Notes under the pieces: generated by a model
Seen by the model: the letters and a program-made list of their open reading frames with translations, nothing else
The model's database searches: none
What the model was told of the DNA's origin: nothing
Program-made: the position numbers and the translations under genes
Source: an uncultured Pseudomonadota bacterium
Lineage (GTDB): Bacteria > Babelota > Babeliae > Babelales > JACPOV01
Length of the DNA: 33,913 nt
Assembly (NCBI GenBank): GCA_964620245.1
Contig: CAZUJC010000006.1
Span: 1-33,913 of the forward strand
Direction: 5' to 3'
Shown: piece after piece, positions 25,778 to 33,913 of the stretch
Position numbering within the stretch: the stretch's first letter is position 1
How the letters are laid out: each line of letters opens with the position of its first letter

Positions 25778-27724
25778 TTGCGGCATTGGTTGCGGTAGTG
25801 TTCCACCCAGTTTTTGAATAAATGTGCCATAATCTTGCTTCTTAGAACCAGCAGCGCTCGCGTAAGCTTTCTGAGCCAACGTTAATGCCGTTTCATTTTC
25901 TGTATTAATAACCCTCGAGTCTGCACCTTTTTCAACTAAATATTGAGCGACGCCCAACAACCCCTGCTTAACAGCCATTATCAGAGGAGTATCTCCTTCC
26001 TCATCAGCAGCATTTAAATTCGCTTTTTTTCCTAAAAACAGGTCAATATCTTTTTTTACTGTTTCGAGTGACGGTACACTTTCAGCAAAATAAAAAATGT
26101 ATGCAGCAAATGGTGTTAATCCATAGGTACCTTTGAAACTCATATCAATTGGCTCAACGTTAAATGCATTCATAAACGCATCTCTATTTTTAGTTCTAAT
26201 AGCGTCATAAAGAACTTTAGCATTTCTTTGAGCATCTCCACTTGGAACGGGAATCGGTTCTGGTTCAGGTGTTGGTTGTGGTGCGGGTGCTTTTTCTAGT
26301 AATATTTTAACAATTCTATTCAATATAATTTGCTCAGCAAGGTTTTTTGTTTCTTTTTCTAATTTGTTGGCAATTTGTAAAGCCGTCATACCTCGATAAT
26401 CGCCACTGGTTGCTACTTTATTCACATCAGCTCCAGCATCGATAAGATATCGTGCCCCATTTTCTGTTTTTGTTATAGCAGCACCCATTAGCGGCGTAAT
26501 TCCTTGATCATTTTCCAAATTAATATCTGCTCCAAATTTTGTAATAAGTGTATCTATAAAATATTTTATAGCGTTTAAATTTTGACTTGAAGCAATTCTG
26601 CCAACATACTCGATTAAGATTCCATTCCCTTTGCGTCCACGGTAATTCCCATTTATTTTACCAGCGGGCAATCCGAGTAATTCCACTATTTTATTATTGT
26701 CGTTATCCATGATTGCTTTGATAAGATCTTGCGCATATTCATCTGGTGTTCTATCAACTGGAACCGGAACTGGGATTGGTTCAATTCCAATCGCACTTTC
26801 GATCATTTTATAAATATTGATAGTAGCTTGCGTTGGACCTGCATCACGAAGTTGTTTTGCATATTCAATTAACGGTTTTCCCTGAAAATCTCTTTTTGCA
26901 TCGGCACCTTTTTCTAAGAGATATTTAACCGCAAACTCAGACTTATTTTTGATCGCATCACTTAAGGGAGTATTTTTATTATTATCCTCTTCATTTATTC
27001 CTGACCGTTTGCCAATAGGACGCTTAAAAATAAGATCAAAAATTTGTTTAAGTTGGTTTTGATTATCTGAAAAACCATCTATTGCCCAATGGAGCGATCC
27101 AGCTCCTGCAGCATCTTTTACCGTAATATCTATTTTATCATCAGGCAACTTAAGTAACCCAAGAGAAGAATTGAAATCTTTTTCTTCAAGAGCTTTTAAC
27201 AATTTTTGACCATTGTTCAGACGAGTTGTTGTACCATCAAGAATTTTAATAATATTTTGATAATCTTCAATTTTTTGATCATCAGTTTCAGCTCGATATC
27301 CATCTCGTGCCATATCAAGCGCAGTTTTACCCTGGCTTCGCATGCTTACATCGGCACGTTTATCGAATAATATTTGTACTGCTGGTAAATTGCCATTTCG
27401 ACTTGCAACCATAAGCGCTGTTACACCGTTATCATTTTCGGCATTGAGCACTCCTTGTGAAAGAGCGTCAATAGCTTGCCTTAACATGTCTGGAGCAAAT
27501 TTCAAACGCGTAAAACCATCAAGATAAGCCATCAATGGTGTCATACCATCAGTCCCACGATACGCAGGATCAATTTGATTTACATTTTTTAATAATGCTA
27601 GTGCTTTTCTGCTGTCACCCTTTCCAACTGCTTCAATAAAATCGGCCGCATTTTTTTGCTTTGGGTCCATGCCGATTAATAGCGAGTGTACACAAATAGT
27701 CAGCATTAATAACTTCAGTCTCAT
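25655..27724 (-). CDS. Secreted ankyrin repeat protein (ANK-3, 689 aa, four modules)
   Basis: Signal peptide; many G.TPL/TAL ankyrin repeats; Pro-rich linkers PIPVPVP, PAPQPTPEPEPIPVP, PQPMPQPTPTPSPMP; GAGGAG RBS. Confidence 0.92.
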   Translation of the reverse strand: MRLKLLMLTICVHSLLIGMDPKQKNAADFIEAVGKGDSRKALALLKNVNQIDPAYRGTDGMTPLMAYLDGFTRLKFAPDMLRQAIDALSQGVLNAENDNGVTALMVASRNGNLPAVQILFDKRADVSMRSQGKTALDMARDGYRAETDDQKIEDYQNIIKILDGTTTRLNNGQKLLKALEEKDFNSSLGLLKLPDDKIDITVKDAAGAGSLHWAIDGFSDNQNQLKQIFDLIFKRPIGKRSGINEEDNNKNTPLSDAIKNKSEFAVKYLLEKGADAKRDFQGKPLIEYAKQLRDAGPTQATINIYKMIESAIGIEPIPVPVPVDRTPDEYAQDLIKAIMDNDNNKIVELLGLPAGKINGNYRGRKGNGILIEYVGRIASSQNLNAIKYFIDTLITKFGADINLENDQGITPLMGAAITKTENGARYLIDAGADVNKVATSGDYRGMTALQIANKLEKETKNLAEQIILNRIVKILLEKAPAPQPTPEPEPIPVPSGDAQRNAKVLYDAIRTKNRDAFMNAFNVEPIDMSFKGTYGLTPFAAYIFYFAESVPSLETVKKDIDLFLGKKANLNAADEEGDTPLIMAVKQGLLGVAQYLVEKGADSRVINTENETALTLAQKAYASAAGSKKQDYGTFIQKLGGTLPQPMPQPTPTPSPMPGPVGMQPLVASMQKLLDQLTQLTTTLQGMQK

Positions 27725-27774
27725 CTCTTCTCCTCTTTTAAAAAATATTTATTGCATTTAAATTTCAACGCCCT

Positions 27775-28737
27775 TTAGATTTGTAAAATTAATTCCTGGC
27801 TTTCGCTGCGTTTTTTTAATTGCTGAATATACGATTCATATGTTTTTTTCAAACCGGCACCAATAGAAATTTGTACCCTCCAGCCAAGATTATTTATTGG
27901 TGTACAGTCAAGCAATTTTCGCGGTGTACCATCAAGTTGTTTATCAAAAACAATCGCACCTTGGTACCCTACAATTTCTTTTACCATTTGTGCAAGATCA
28001 CGAATAGTAATTTCCTGCCCACTGCCAATATTAATTAGTTCAGATTGATTATATTTTTGCATTAAGAAAACGAGCGCTCGCGCGCAATCATCAACATACA
28101 AAAATTCACGCAAAGCATTTCCTGTACCCCACAAAATAACATGTGAAAGACTCTCTTGCCTTGCATGATCAATTTTTAAAATAAGCGCAGGAATTACGTG
28201 CGATCTTTCTGCATCAAACGTATCTCCAGGGCCATAGAGATTGGTGGGCATGCACGCAATAAAATTATTCTTATATTGCTTGCGGTAGGCTTCGATCATT
28301 TTTATCCCAGCAATTTTTGCAATTGCATACGGTTCATTTGTTTGCTCTAAGGGACCGGTGAGCAAATGTTCTGGCTGCATTGGTTGCGGGCAGTTGCGCG
28401 GATAAATGCATGAAGAACCAATAAATAATAATTTTTTTACTTTCTGCAGATGTGCAGCGTGAATGACGTTTGTTTGAATCATAAGATTGTCGTACAAAAA
28501 CGTAGCTGGATAATTGTTATTTGCTTTAATGCCACCGACCGTTGCTGCAGCTAAAAAAATATAGGCCGGTTTTTCTCGCGCGAAAAAATTTTCTACCATT
28601 TGTTGATTGCGCAAGTCCAGTTCAGTTTTTGTCGCAAAAACCAAATTTATATACCCATGTGCTTTCAACGCACGGACAAGAGCTGAACCAAGCAATCCTT
28701 CATGGCCAGCCACATAAATTTTTTCATTTATATTCAT
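27775..28737 (-). CDS. fcl: GDP-L-fucose synthase
   Basis: IYVAGH.GL.GSAL, AA.VGGI.AN, GSSCIYP, YAIAKIAG, PTNLYGP.D.F...SHVIPAL, REFLYVDD, DGTPRK. Start at ATG 28737. Confidence 0.96.
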   Translation of the reverse strand: MNINEKIYVAGHEGLLGSALVRALKAHGYINLVFATKTELDLRNQQMVENFFAREKPAYIFLAAATVGGIKANNNYPATFLYDNLMIQTNVIHAAHLQKVKKLLFIGSSCIYPRNCPQPMQPEHLLTGPLEQTNEPYAIAKIAGIKMIEAYRKQYKNNFIACMPTNLYGPGDTFDAERSHVIPALILKIDHARQESLSHVILWGTGNALREFLYVDDCARALVFLMQKYNQSELINIGSGQEITIRDLAQMVKEIVGYQGAIVFDKQLDGTPRKLLDCTPINNLGWRVQISIGAGLKKTYESYIQQLKKRSESQELILQI

Positions 28738-28741
28738 TACT

Positions 28742-29851
28742 TTACTCAAGTTCGACAAAACGATGTGGTGCTTGATAAAATACCGCTCGTTGCGCGCGCA
28801 ACGATTGTTCAACTACATGTAAATCGTGTTGCACCATTAATGAAACCAATCCACTAAAATCAACAGTTGGTTGCCAACCCAATAGTTGATGCGCTTTTGT
28901 TGCATCACCGCACAGCTGCTCAACTTCAGTCGGCCTTAAATACCGTTTATCAACCGCTACTAATGGCAAACTAGTTGCACCAAAACGATTATCGTACGCT
29001 TTTTGTTCGACACCAACTCCGTGCCATTCGAGTTTAATGCCAACTTGTTCGAATGCGCATTCAATAAACTCTCGCACTGAATGCATTTGGCCGGTCGCAA
29101 TAACAAAATCTTGCGGTTTTTCTTGTTGCATCATCAACCACATTGCATACACATCATCTTTTGCATAGCCCCAATCTCGTTTTGCATCAAGATTGCCTAA
29201 ATAGAGCGTTGTTTGCAATCCGTGTGCAATATGCGCAACAGCGCGTGTGATTTTGCGCGTTACGAACGTTTCACCACGCAATGGAGATTCATGATTAAAT
29301 AAAATACCGTTGCATGCAAACATGCCATAAGCTTCTCGATAATTAATCGTAATCCAATGTGCATACAATTTAGCAACCGCATATGGAGAGCGAGGATAAA
29401 ACGGAGTCATTTCATTTTGCTTTTTTGATAAAACTTTACCAAACAGTTCGCTTGTTGAAGCTTGATAAAATCGCGTTGTTTCATTTAAATCTGTCAACCG
29501 AATTGCTTCGAGCAAACGCAAAGTTCCGAGTGCATCACACTGAGCTGTGTATTCCGGCGTTTCAAATGAAACTTGTACATGACTTTGTGCCGCTAGATTA
29601 TAGAGTTCATCTGGCCTAATTTCTTTTATCAATCGAACTAAATTTGTCGTATCGGTTACATCACCATAGTGCAAAATAAATGGCGCATCATGGTTTTCAT
29701 TTCTATCTTTATATAAATGATCAATGCGACTTGTGTTAAAAGATGAGGAGCGTCGTTTAATTCCGTGTACTTCATAACCCTTAGAAAGCAAAAGTTCGAC
29801 TAAATATGCACCGTCTTGCCCGGTCACTCCAGTAATCAGCGCTTTCTTCAT
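28742..29851 (-). CDS. gmd: GDP-mannose 4,6-dehydratase
   Basis: [65 protein letters not shown]. Confidence 0.98.
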   Translation of the reverse strand: MKKALITGVTGQDGAYLVELLLSKGYEVHGIKRRSSSFNTSRIDHLYKDRNENHDAPFILHYGDVTDTTNLVRLIKEIRPDELYNLAAQSHVQVSFETPEYTAQCDALGTLRLLEAIRLTDLNETTRFYQASTSELFGKVLSKKQNEMTPFYPRSPYAVAKLYAHWITINYREAYGMFACNGILFNHESPLRGETFVTRKITRAVAHIAHGLQTTLYLGNLDAKRDWGYAKDDVYAMWLMMQQEKPQDFVIATGQMHSVREFIECAFEQVGIKLEWHGVGVEQKAYDNRFGATSLPLVAVDKRYLRPTEVEQLCGDATKAHQLLGWQPTVDFSGLVSLMVQHDLHVVEQSLRAQRAVFYQAPHRFVELE

Positions 29852-29865
29852 ACGTTCTCACTTTT

Positions 29866-30900
29866 TTACGTATAGGTGGTACCAAATTTTTGTTCAAGCT
29901 GGTGTACCAACTGTTTTACTTTCTCAACTTGCGATCTTTTGACAATTAATAATGCATCGTCTGTTTCAACAACACATAAATCATCAACACCGATTAATCC
30001 CACAACTTTTTTATTTGATAAAATTAAATTGTGATTTGCTTCTACGGTAACTACATTGGCTGCTTGTTTGACTGAATGCAGTAATAAAAATGTTTCAATA
30101 TTGCCAACATCTGACCAGCCAAACTGCACTGGAAGAACATACACATTTTTGCTTTTTTCAAGTACTGCATAATCGATTGAAATAGATTCGCACAGCGCAT
30201 ACGCATTTTTATCGCCCGCATCGTATTTTGCAATATTTTTTAAAATTGAAGGTGCATAGGTGGTAAAATCATTAATAAATGAACGAACGGTGCCACAAAA
30301 AATGCCAATATTCCACAACAGGTGCTGACTTTTGACATAGTGCTCGGCGGCATTTTTATCAGGTTTTTCGTGAAATCGCACCACCGAACACACTGCGGTT
30401 TGTCCCGTTAATGGAATCGGTTTGTATTCTATATAACCATAGCCAGTTGCCGGATGAGTCGGGTGCAAACCAAGTAACGCAATTCCTTCATGATGCGCGG
30501 CAAAAGTTGCAGCAGTATTAATGTTTTCAATAAATTGATGAGAATCGGCAACAAAATGATCAGCTGGAGTAAATACAATTACTGCATGCGGATCAATTTT
30601 TTGTATAAATAAACAGGCAAGTGCAATTGCAGGTGCGGTGTTGCGCGAAATTGGTTCTGCGATAATGTGTCCAACTCGAGCACCAACTTTTTTTGCAATT
30701 TCTTTTTCTTGTTGTGCGGTGGTAATAATAATGAGTTGCTCTCGGGGTATATAGTGCACAAAACGATCAATTGTTTGATCAAGCAATGAACTTCCGTTCG
30801 TAAATGGCAGCAATTGTTTTGGTCGCGCGGAGCGACTCAGTGGCCACAACCGTTCCCCTTTTCCTCCTGCAAGAATCACGACATAGACGGATGGTTGCAT
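29866..30900 (-). CDS. manC: Mannose-1-phosphate guanylyltransferase
   Basis: ILAGG.GERLWPLSR..RPKQLL, EP.SRNTAPA, PADH, TGYGYI, F.EKP, SIDYAVLEK, WSDVG. No C-terminal PMI cupin. Start likely at ATG 30900. Confidence 0.95.
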   Translation of the reverse strand: MQPSVYVVILAGGKGERLWPLSRSARPKQLLPFTNGSSLLDQTIDRFVHYIPREQLIIITTAQQEKEIAKKVGARVGHIIAEPISRNTAPAIALACLFIQKIDPHAVIVFTPADHFVADSHQFIENINTAATFAAHHEGIALLGLHPTHPATGYGYIEYKPIPLTGQTAVCSVVRFHEKPDKNAAEHYVKSQHLLWNIGIFCGTVRSFINDFTTYAPSILKNIAKYDAGDKNAYALCESISIDYAVLEKSKNVYVLPVQFGWSDVGNIETFLLLHSVKQAANVVTVEANHNLILSNKKVVGLIGVDDLCVVETDDALLIVKRSQVEKVKQLVHQLEQKFGTTYT

Positions 30901-30910
30901 AATTGAAGCC

Positions 30911-31651
30911 TTATTTTTTTTTGCTATTAAACAGGCGATCATACCACAGCGAACAAAACTTTTTTGCAGCTTCAGTCATAATATGTGTTGATAATTTTGA
31001 TTCACCATGCAAACGGTTTTGTGCCTGAATTGGAATTTGGCCGATTTCAAGTCCTGCTTTTTTGAAAAAATAGATAGATTCCATGCAAAATGAAAATCCA
31101 CGAGAATCGAGATTTTCAAAAATGGCTGGATTAAGCGATGAAACTCGATACAACCGATATGCACCAGTACAATCGTAGGGCATACCAAGACACGTACGAA
31201 TCATCCACCGCCAAAAATAAGTAAACGGTAAACGTAATTTACCCCATCCACTCATACCGCCACCGCTGATGTACCGTGAACCAATAACAATATCATTATT
31301 GGTTTCGTGGGCCACTAGTTGCGGAATATATTTAGGGTCATGCGTAAAATCGGCATCCATGGTAATAAGAAAATTATAATTATTTTTGCGTGCGTAGCGA
31401 AAAGCCTCGATATGTGCTGTTCCGAGTCCTAATTTTCCGGATCGATGCAACACCTGCACACAACTATCAAGCGCTGCAATGTCGTCTAATACCTCACCAG
31501 TGCCATCGGGAGAATTATCATCGATAAAATAAAAATCTATTGGTAATTGCAAACTTTTAATCGCTTTATAGAGCAGCGAAACATTGTCACGTTCATTGTA
31601 GGTCGGAATCGCAACGAGAATTGTATTTTTTTGTACCATGCATAGTTCCAA
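30911..31651 (-). CDS. GT2 polyprenol monophosphomannose synthase-like (Dpm1/Ppm1)
   Basis: IPTYNERDN, IDDNSPDGTG, R.GKLGLGTA, MDADFTHDP, IGSRY, DCTGAYRLYR, R.HGESKL. Start may be at 31639. Confidence 0.9.
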   Translation of the reverse strand: MELCMVQKNTILVAIPTYNERDNVSLLYKAIKSLQLPIDFYFIDDNSPDGTGEVLDDIAALDSCVQVLHRSGKLGLGTAHIEAFRYARKNNYNFLITMDADFTHDPKYIPQLVAHETNNDIVIGSRYISGGGMSGWGKLRLPFTYFWRWMIRTCLGMPYDCTGAYRLYRVSSLNPAIFENLDSRGFSFCMESIYFFKKAGLEIGQIPIQAQNRLHGESKLSTHIMTEAAKKFCSLWYDRLFNSKKK

Positions 31652-31731
31652 TGAGGTTCAGACGATATTTTTTTACTTACTACCACTATACCAAGCGCCG
31701 CAAAAAAAGCAGCCTTCAACTTTTCTCTCTT

Positions 31732-33912
31732 TCAAGCAGTAAATTCTCTGCTACCACCACCTGCACAGGCAAGTTGATCAACAACAAGCGTAATATGCGC
31801 GACCTTATATAAACGTTCAATAGTAATTGGCGGTGTAAATTTTTCTTTTTTTAATTGTGCAAAGAATTGTGCCAATAAAAATTCATGCCCTTTGTCTGGA
31901 GCGTTGGTAGTTTGATTAAATGAGCGAGACAATCCGTGACCAGTTAATGTTTTATAATCATCCATAACGATCGCTTTTGAATCAAAAAAAAGTTCCATCC
32001 GTTCTTTTCCAAGTTGTGAATGACCGAGCGCCGTGTACAACAGTGTACACACCGATCCATCAGCAAAACTAAATTGCGCACTAAAATTATCGGTAGGAAA
32101 AAGATCGTCAGTTGATGGTTTTATCGATTCAACTGAAACAGCAACGGGAAATGAATCGGTTAAATAACAAAACAAATCAAAAATATGGCACGCTTCTCCA
32201 ATAATGCGCCCTGCTCCAACTTCGGTTTGAACCCAATGATCTTTTGGAATAAAACCAGCGTTCATACGATAGTGAACCACCAGTGGAGAAGTTCGTTTTA
32301 CAATACTTTTTTTGATTTTTTGCATGAATGGTGCAAATGAACGATTGTAATCAACGCAGAAAGGTATTTGTTGATGTTTTTTTAAAAAATCGTACATACG
32401 TTCAAGTTGTTCAAAATCGGTAACCATCGGTTTTTCTAAAAATACTGCCTTGCCACGTTCAAGTGCTTGCAGCGCTTGGTCACAGTGATATTTATGCGGA
32501 GAAGCTATGACAACTGCATCAACTAAATCACGCTCAAATAAATAATTTTCGTGCGTAAATGAACCTTGTGCTTGATACAAATTTGAAATATTCATGCTCG
32601 AAGCTACATTTGGTTCGACAACTGCGTTAATTTTTACATTTTTCATGCGTGCAATAAAAGGAAGCAATTTTATTTTTGCAAATCCACCAGCACCAATAAC
32701 ACCGACTCGCAACGTATCTTTTACCGCAGGAATAAATTTAATTTCTTGTGCATCAACTATACTATTTTTTTGCTCTTGAATAATTGGTGCGTCTTGAGCA
32801 TTCGACACAAAATCAATAACAACGCCAATTGCTTTTTTTTCTCTCAAGAGCTTATAACCGTCAGCTGCTTGATCGGCAGGCAGCAACGCATCCATGAGCG
32901 GCTGCATCGTAATTTTTTTTGATTCAAGTAATGAAACAAACGCCTGCATATTTCGATTTTCAGTCCAACGAACGTAGGCATAGGGATAGTCAATGCCTTG
33001 TTTTTCATAACTTGCATCGTAGCGTCCCGGGCCGTATGAACACGAAATTAAAAAATCGATCTCTTTTTCATAAAGCGGTGCTCGTTCAAGACCAAGGCCA
33101 ACATCACCTACAACAACAACTTTCCCTTTTTTTCGCGTCATTTCCATCGCTTGTTGAACTAACTCATTACTGCTGGTTGCTGCAGTAATTAAAGTACAAT
33201 CAACACCATGGTGCCCAGTAAGTGATGCAATTTCATGGGTCACTGTTTGGTCTGCGCTATTAAATATATAATCGGCGCCAAATTTTTGTGCCAACTCCAA
33301 CCGCTCTTGAATTAAATCAACACCAATAACAATACATCCTGCATTTTTGAGCAACTGCACCGTAATTTGGCCAAGTAATCCAAGACCGACAACAGCAACA
33401 AAATCGCTAAGTTGCGGTTGAGCGCGACGAACTCCTTGCAATGCAATAGCCCCAAGTGTGGTATAGCTTGCTTCTTGCAAAAATTCAGCATCTGAAACAC
33501 AAACCACCAAATTTTCAGGAACGCATACAATATCTGCATGGTTGGCAAGTCCAGCACCCGCACACGCTACGTAATCGCCTGAACGAAATTTGGTAATTTT
33601 TTTTCCAACCGCTATTACTTTTCCTGAACATGAATAGCCAAGTGTTTGTAAATTTCCTTGCAATCGCTCACGAATGAGCGCTTTTGTCCCTTGAATTCCA
33701 TGAGTTGCAATCGATTGCAAAACTTTAGCAACTTTGATCGGAATATTTGAAAGCAACATGCTTTTTTTAGTAGAACCTGCAATAGTGGCATTTTCTGTTC
33801 CAGGGCTGATGCATGAATAATGAACTTGCACCATTACCAAATGATCATCAAGTACCGGCTCACAAACTTCTTTGAGAGTAACAACGCCCTGATCAAGAAA
33901 TACCTGTCTCAT
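31732..33912 (-). CDS. Bi-domain oxidoreductase (MDR/Zn-ADH-like + Gfo/Idh/MocA) of polysaccharide biosynthesis clusters
   Basis: S.ISPGTE, LGYSCSG, LGAIALQGVRR, GLGLLGQ, SYGPGRYD..YE..G.DYP..YVRWTE.RN, then GVIGAGGFA, EKP, NR.F, GGR-like GRIIGEACH, DKGH. Confidence 0.9.
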   Translation of the reverse strand: MRQVFLDQGVVTLKEVCEPVLDDHLVMVQVHYSCISPGTENATIAGSTKKSMLLSNIPIKVAKVLQSIATHGIQGTKALIRERLQGNLQTLGYSCSGKVIAVGKKITKFRSGDYVACAGAGLANHADIVCVPENLVVCVSDAEFLQEASYTTLGAIALQGVRRAQPQLSDFVAVVGLGLLGQITVQLLKNAGCIVIGVDLIQERLELAQKFGADYIFNSADQTVTHEIASLTGHHGVDCTLITAATSSNELVQQAMEMTRKKGKVVVVGDVGLGLERAPLYEKEIDFLISCSYGPGRYDASYEKQGIDYPYAYVRWTENRNMQAFVSLLESKKITMQPLMDALLPADQAADGYKLLREKKAIGVVIDFVSNAQDAPIIQEQKNSIVDAQEIKFIPAVKDTLRVGVIGAGGFAKIKLLPFIARMKNVKINAVVEPNVASSMNISNLYQAQGSFTHENYLFERDLVDAVVIASPHKYHCDQALQALERGKAVFLEKPMVTDFEQLERMYDFLKKHQQIPFCVDYNRSFAPFMQKIKKSIVKRTSPLVVHYRMNAGFIPKDHWVQTEVGAGRIIGEACHIFDLFCYLTDSFPVAVSVESIKPSTDDLFPTDNFSAQFSFADGSVCTLLYTALGHSQLGKERMELFFDSKAIVMDDYKTLTGHGLSRSFNQTTNAPDKGHEFLLAQFFAQLKKEKFTPPITIERLYKVAHITLVVDQLACAGGGSREFTA

Positions 33913-33913
33913 A

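Noticed and set aside
25633-25821. 62-aa hydrophobic ORF on the plus strand
   Set aside because: It is the antisense shadow of the conserved ANK-3 tail, has a TTG start inside a terminator stem and has no RBS.
28738-28812. N-terminal extension of Fcl (and similarly ManC 30901-30942 and MlaE 20747-20797)
   Set aside because: These overlap upstream genes, and downstream ATGs match the family N-termini better.
294-33563. Numerous 60-155-aa alternative-frame and antisense ORFs in the track
   Set aside because: They lie within well-supported genes and show no recognisable motifs or RBS.
1-33913. CRISPR arrays, tRNA/rRNA genes, IS elements, prophage or known anti-phage defence genes
   Set aside because: No regularly spaced repeats, cloverleaf signatures, transposase or integrase motifs were seen, and intergenic gaps are mostly under 150 bp.

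Overview
This is an AT-rich, densely coded bacterial window with about 33 protein genes and no recognisable rRNA, tRNA, CRISPR array or transposase. Housekeeping genes include D-2-hydroxyacid dehydrogenase, a P-type cation ATPase, skp, pth, alaS, a HIT hydrolase, a PfpI/DJ-1 protein, a KynB-like cyclase, murE, an AGCS symporter, ruvX/yqgF, tsaB, mlaEF, secG and tpiA. A sugar-nucleotide cluster holds a bi-domain oxidoreductase, a polyprenol-P-mannose synthase-like GT2, manC, gmd and fcl. Interspersed are signal-peptide proteins with eukaryote-like domains, a profile that suggests (inference) an intracellular symbiont of protists, most like Candidatus Dependentiae/Babeliae (TM6). The best candidate for an undescribed system is a putative exported effector set. 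(1) Three tandem modular ankyrin proteins all end in the same 22-residue heptad helix, 37/40 aa identical between two of them with mostly synonymous DNA changes. (2) Six of seven predicted signal peptides are followed by Met at the predicted +1 position. (3) One secreted protein is a Skp1-like/WD40 fusion resembling a single-chain SCF adaptor. (4) Another is a secreted kinase-like protein. Also notable are a mirror-symmetric pair of uORFs between alsT and ruvX, a tandem pair of His-conserved small membrane paralogs, and a truncated ComEC with a metal-less MBL-like domain. All calls are by eye from motifs; no database searches were run.
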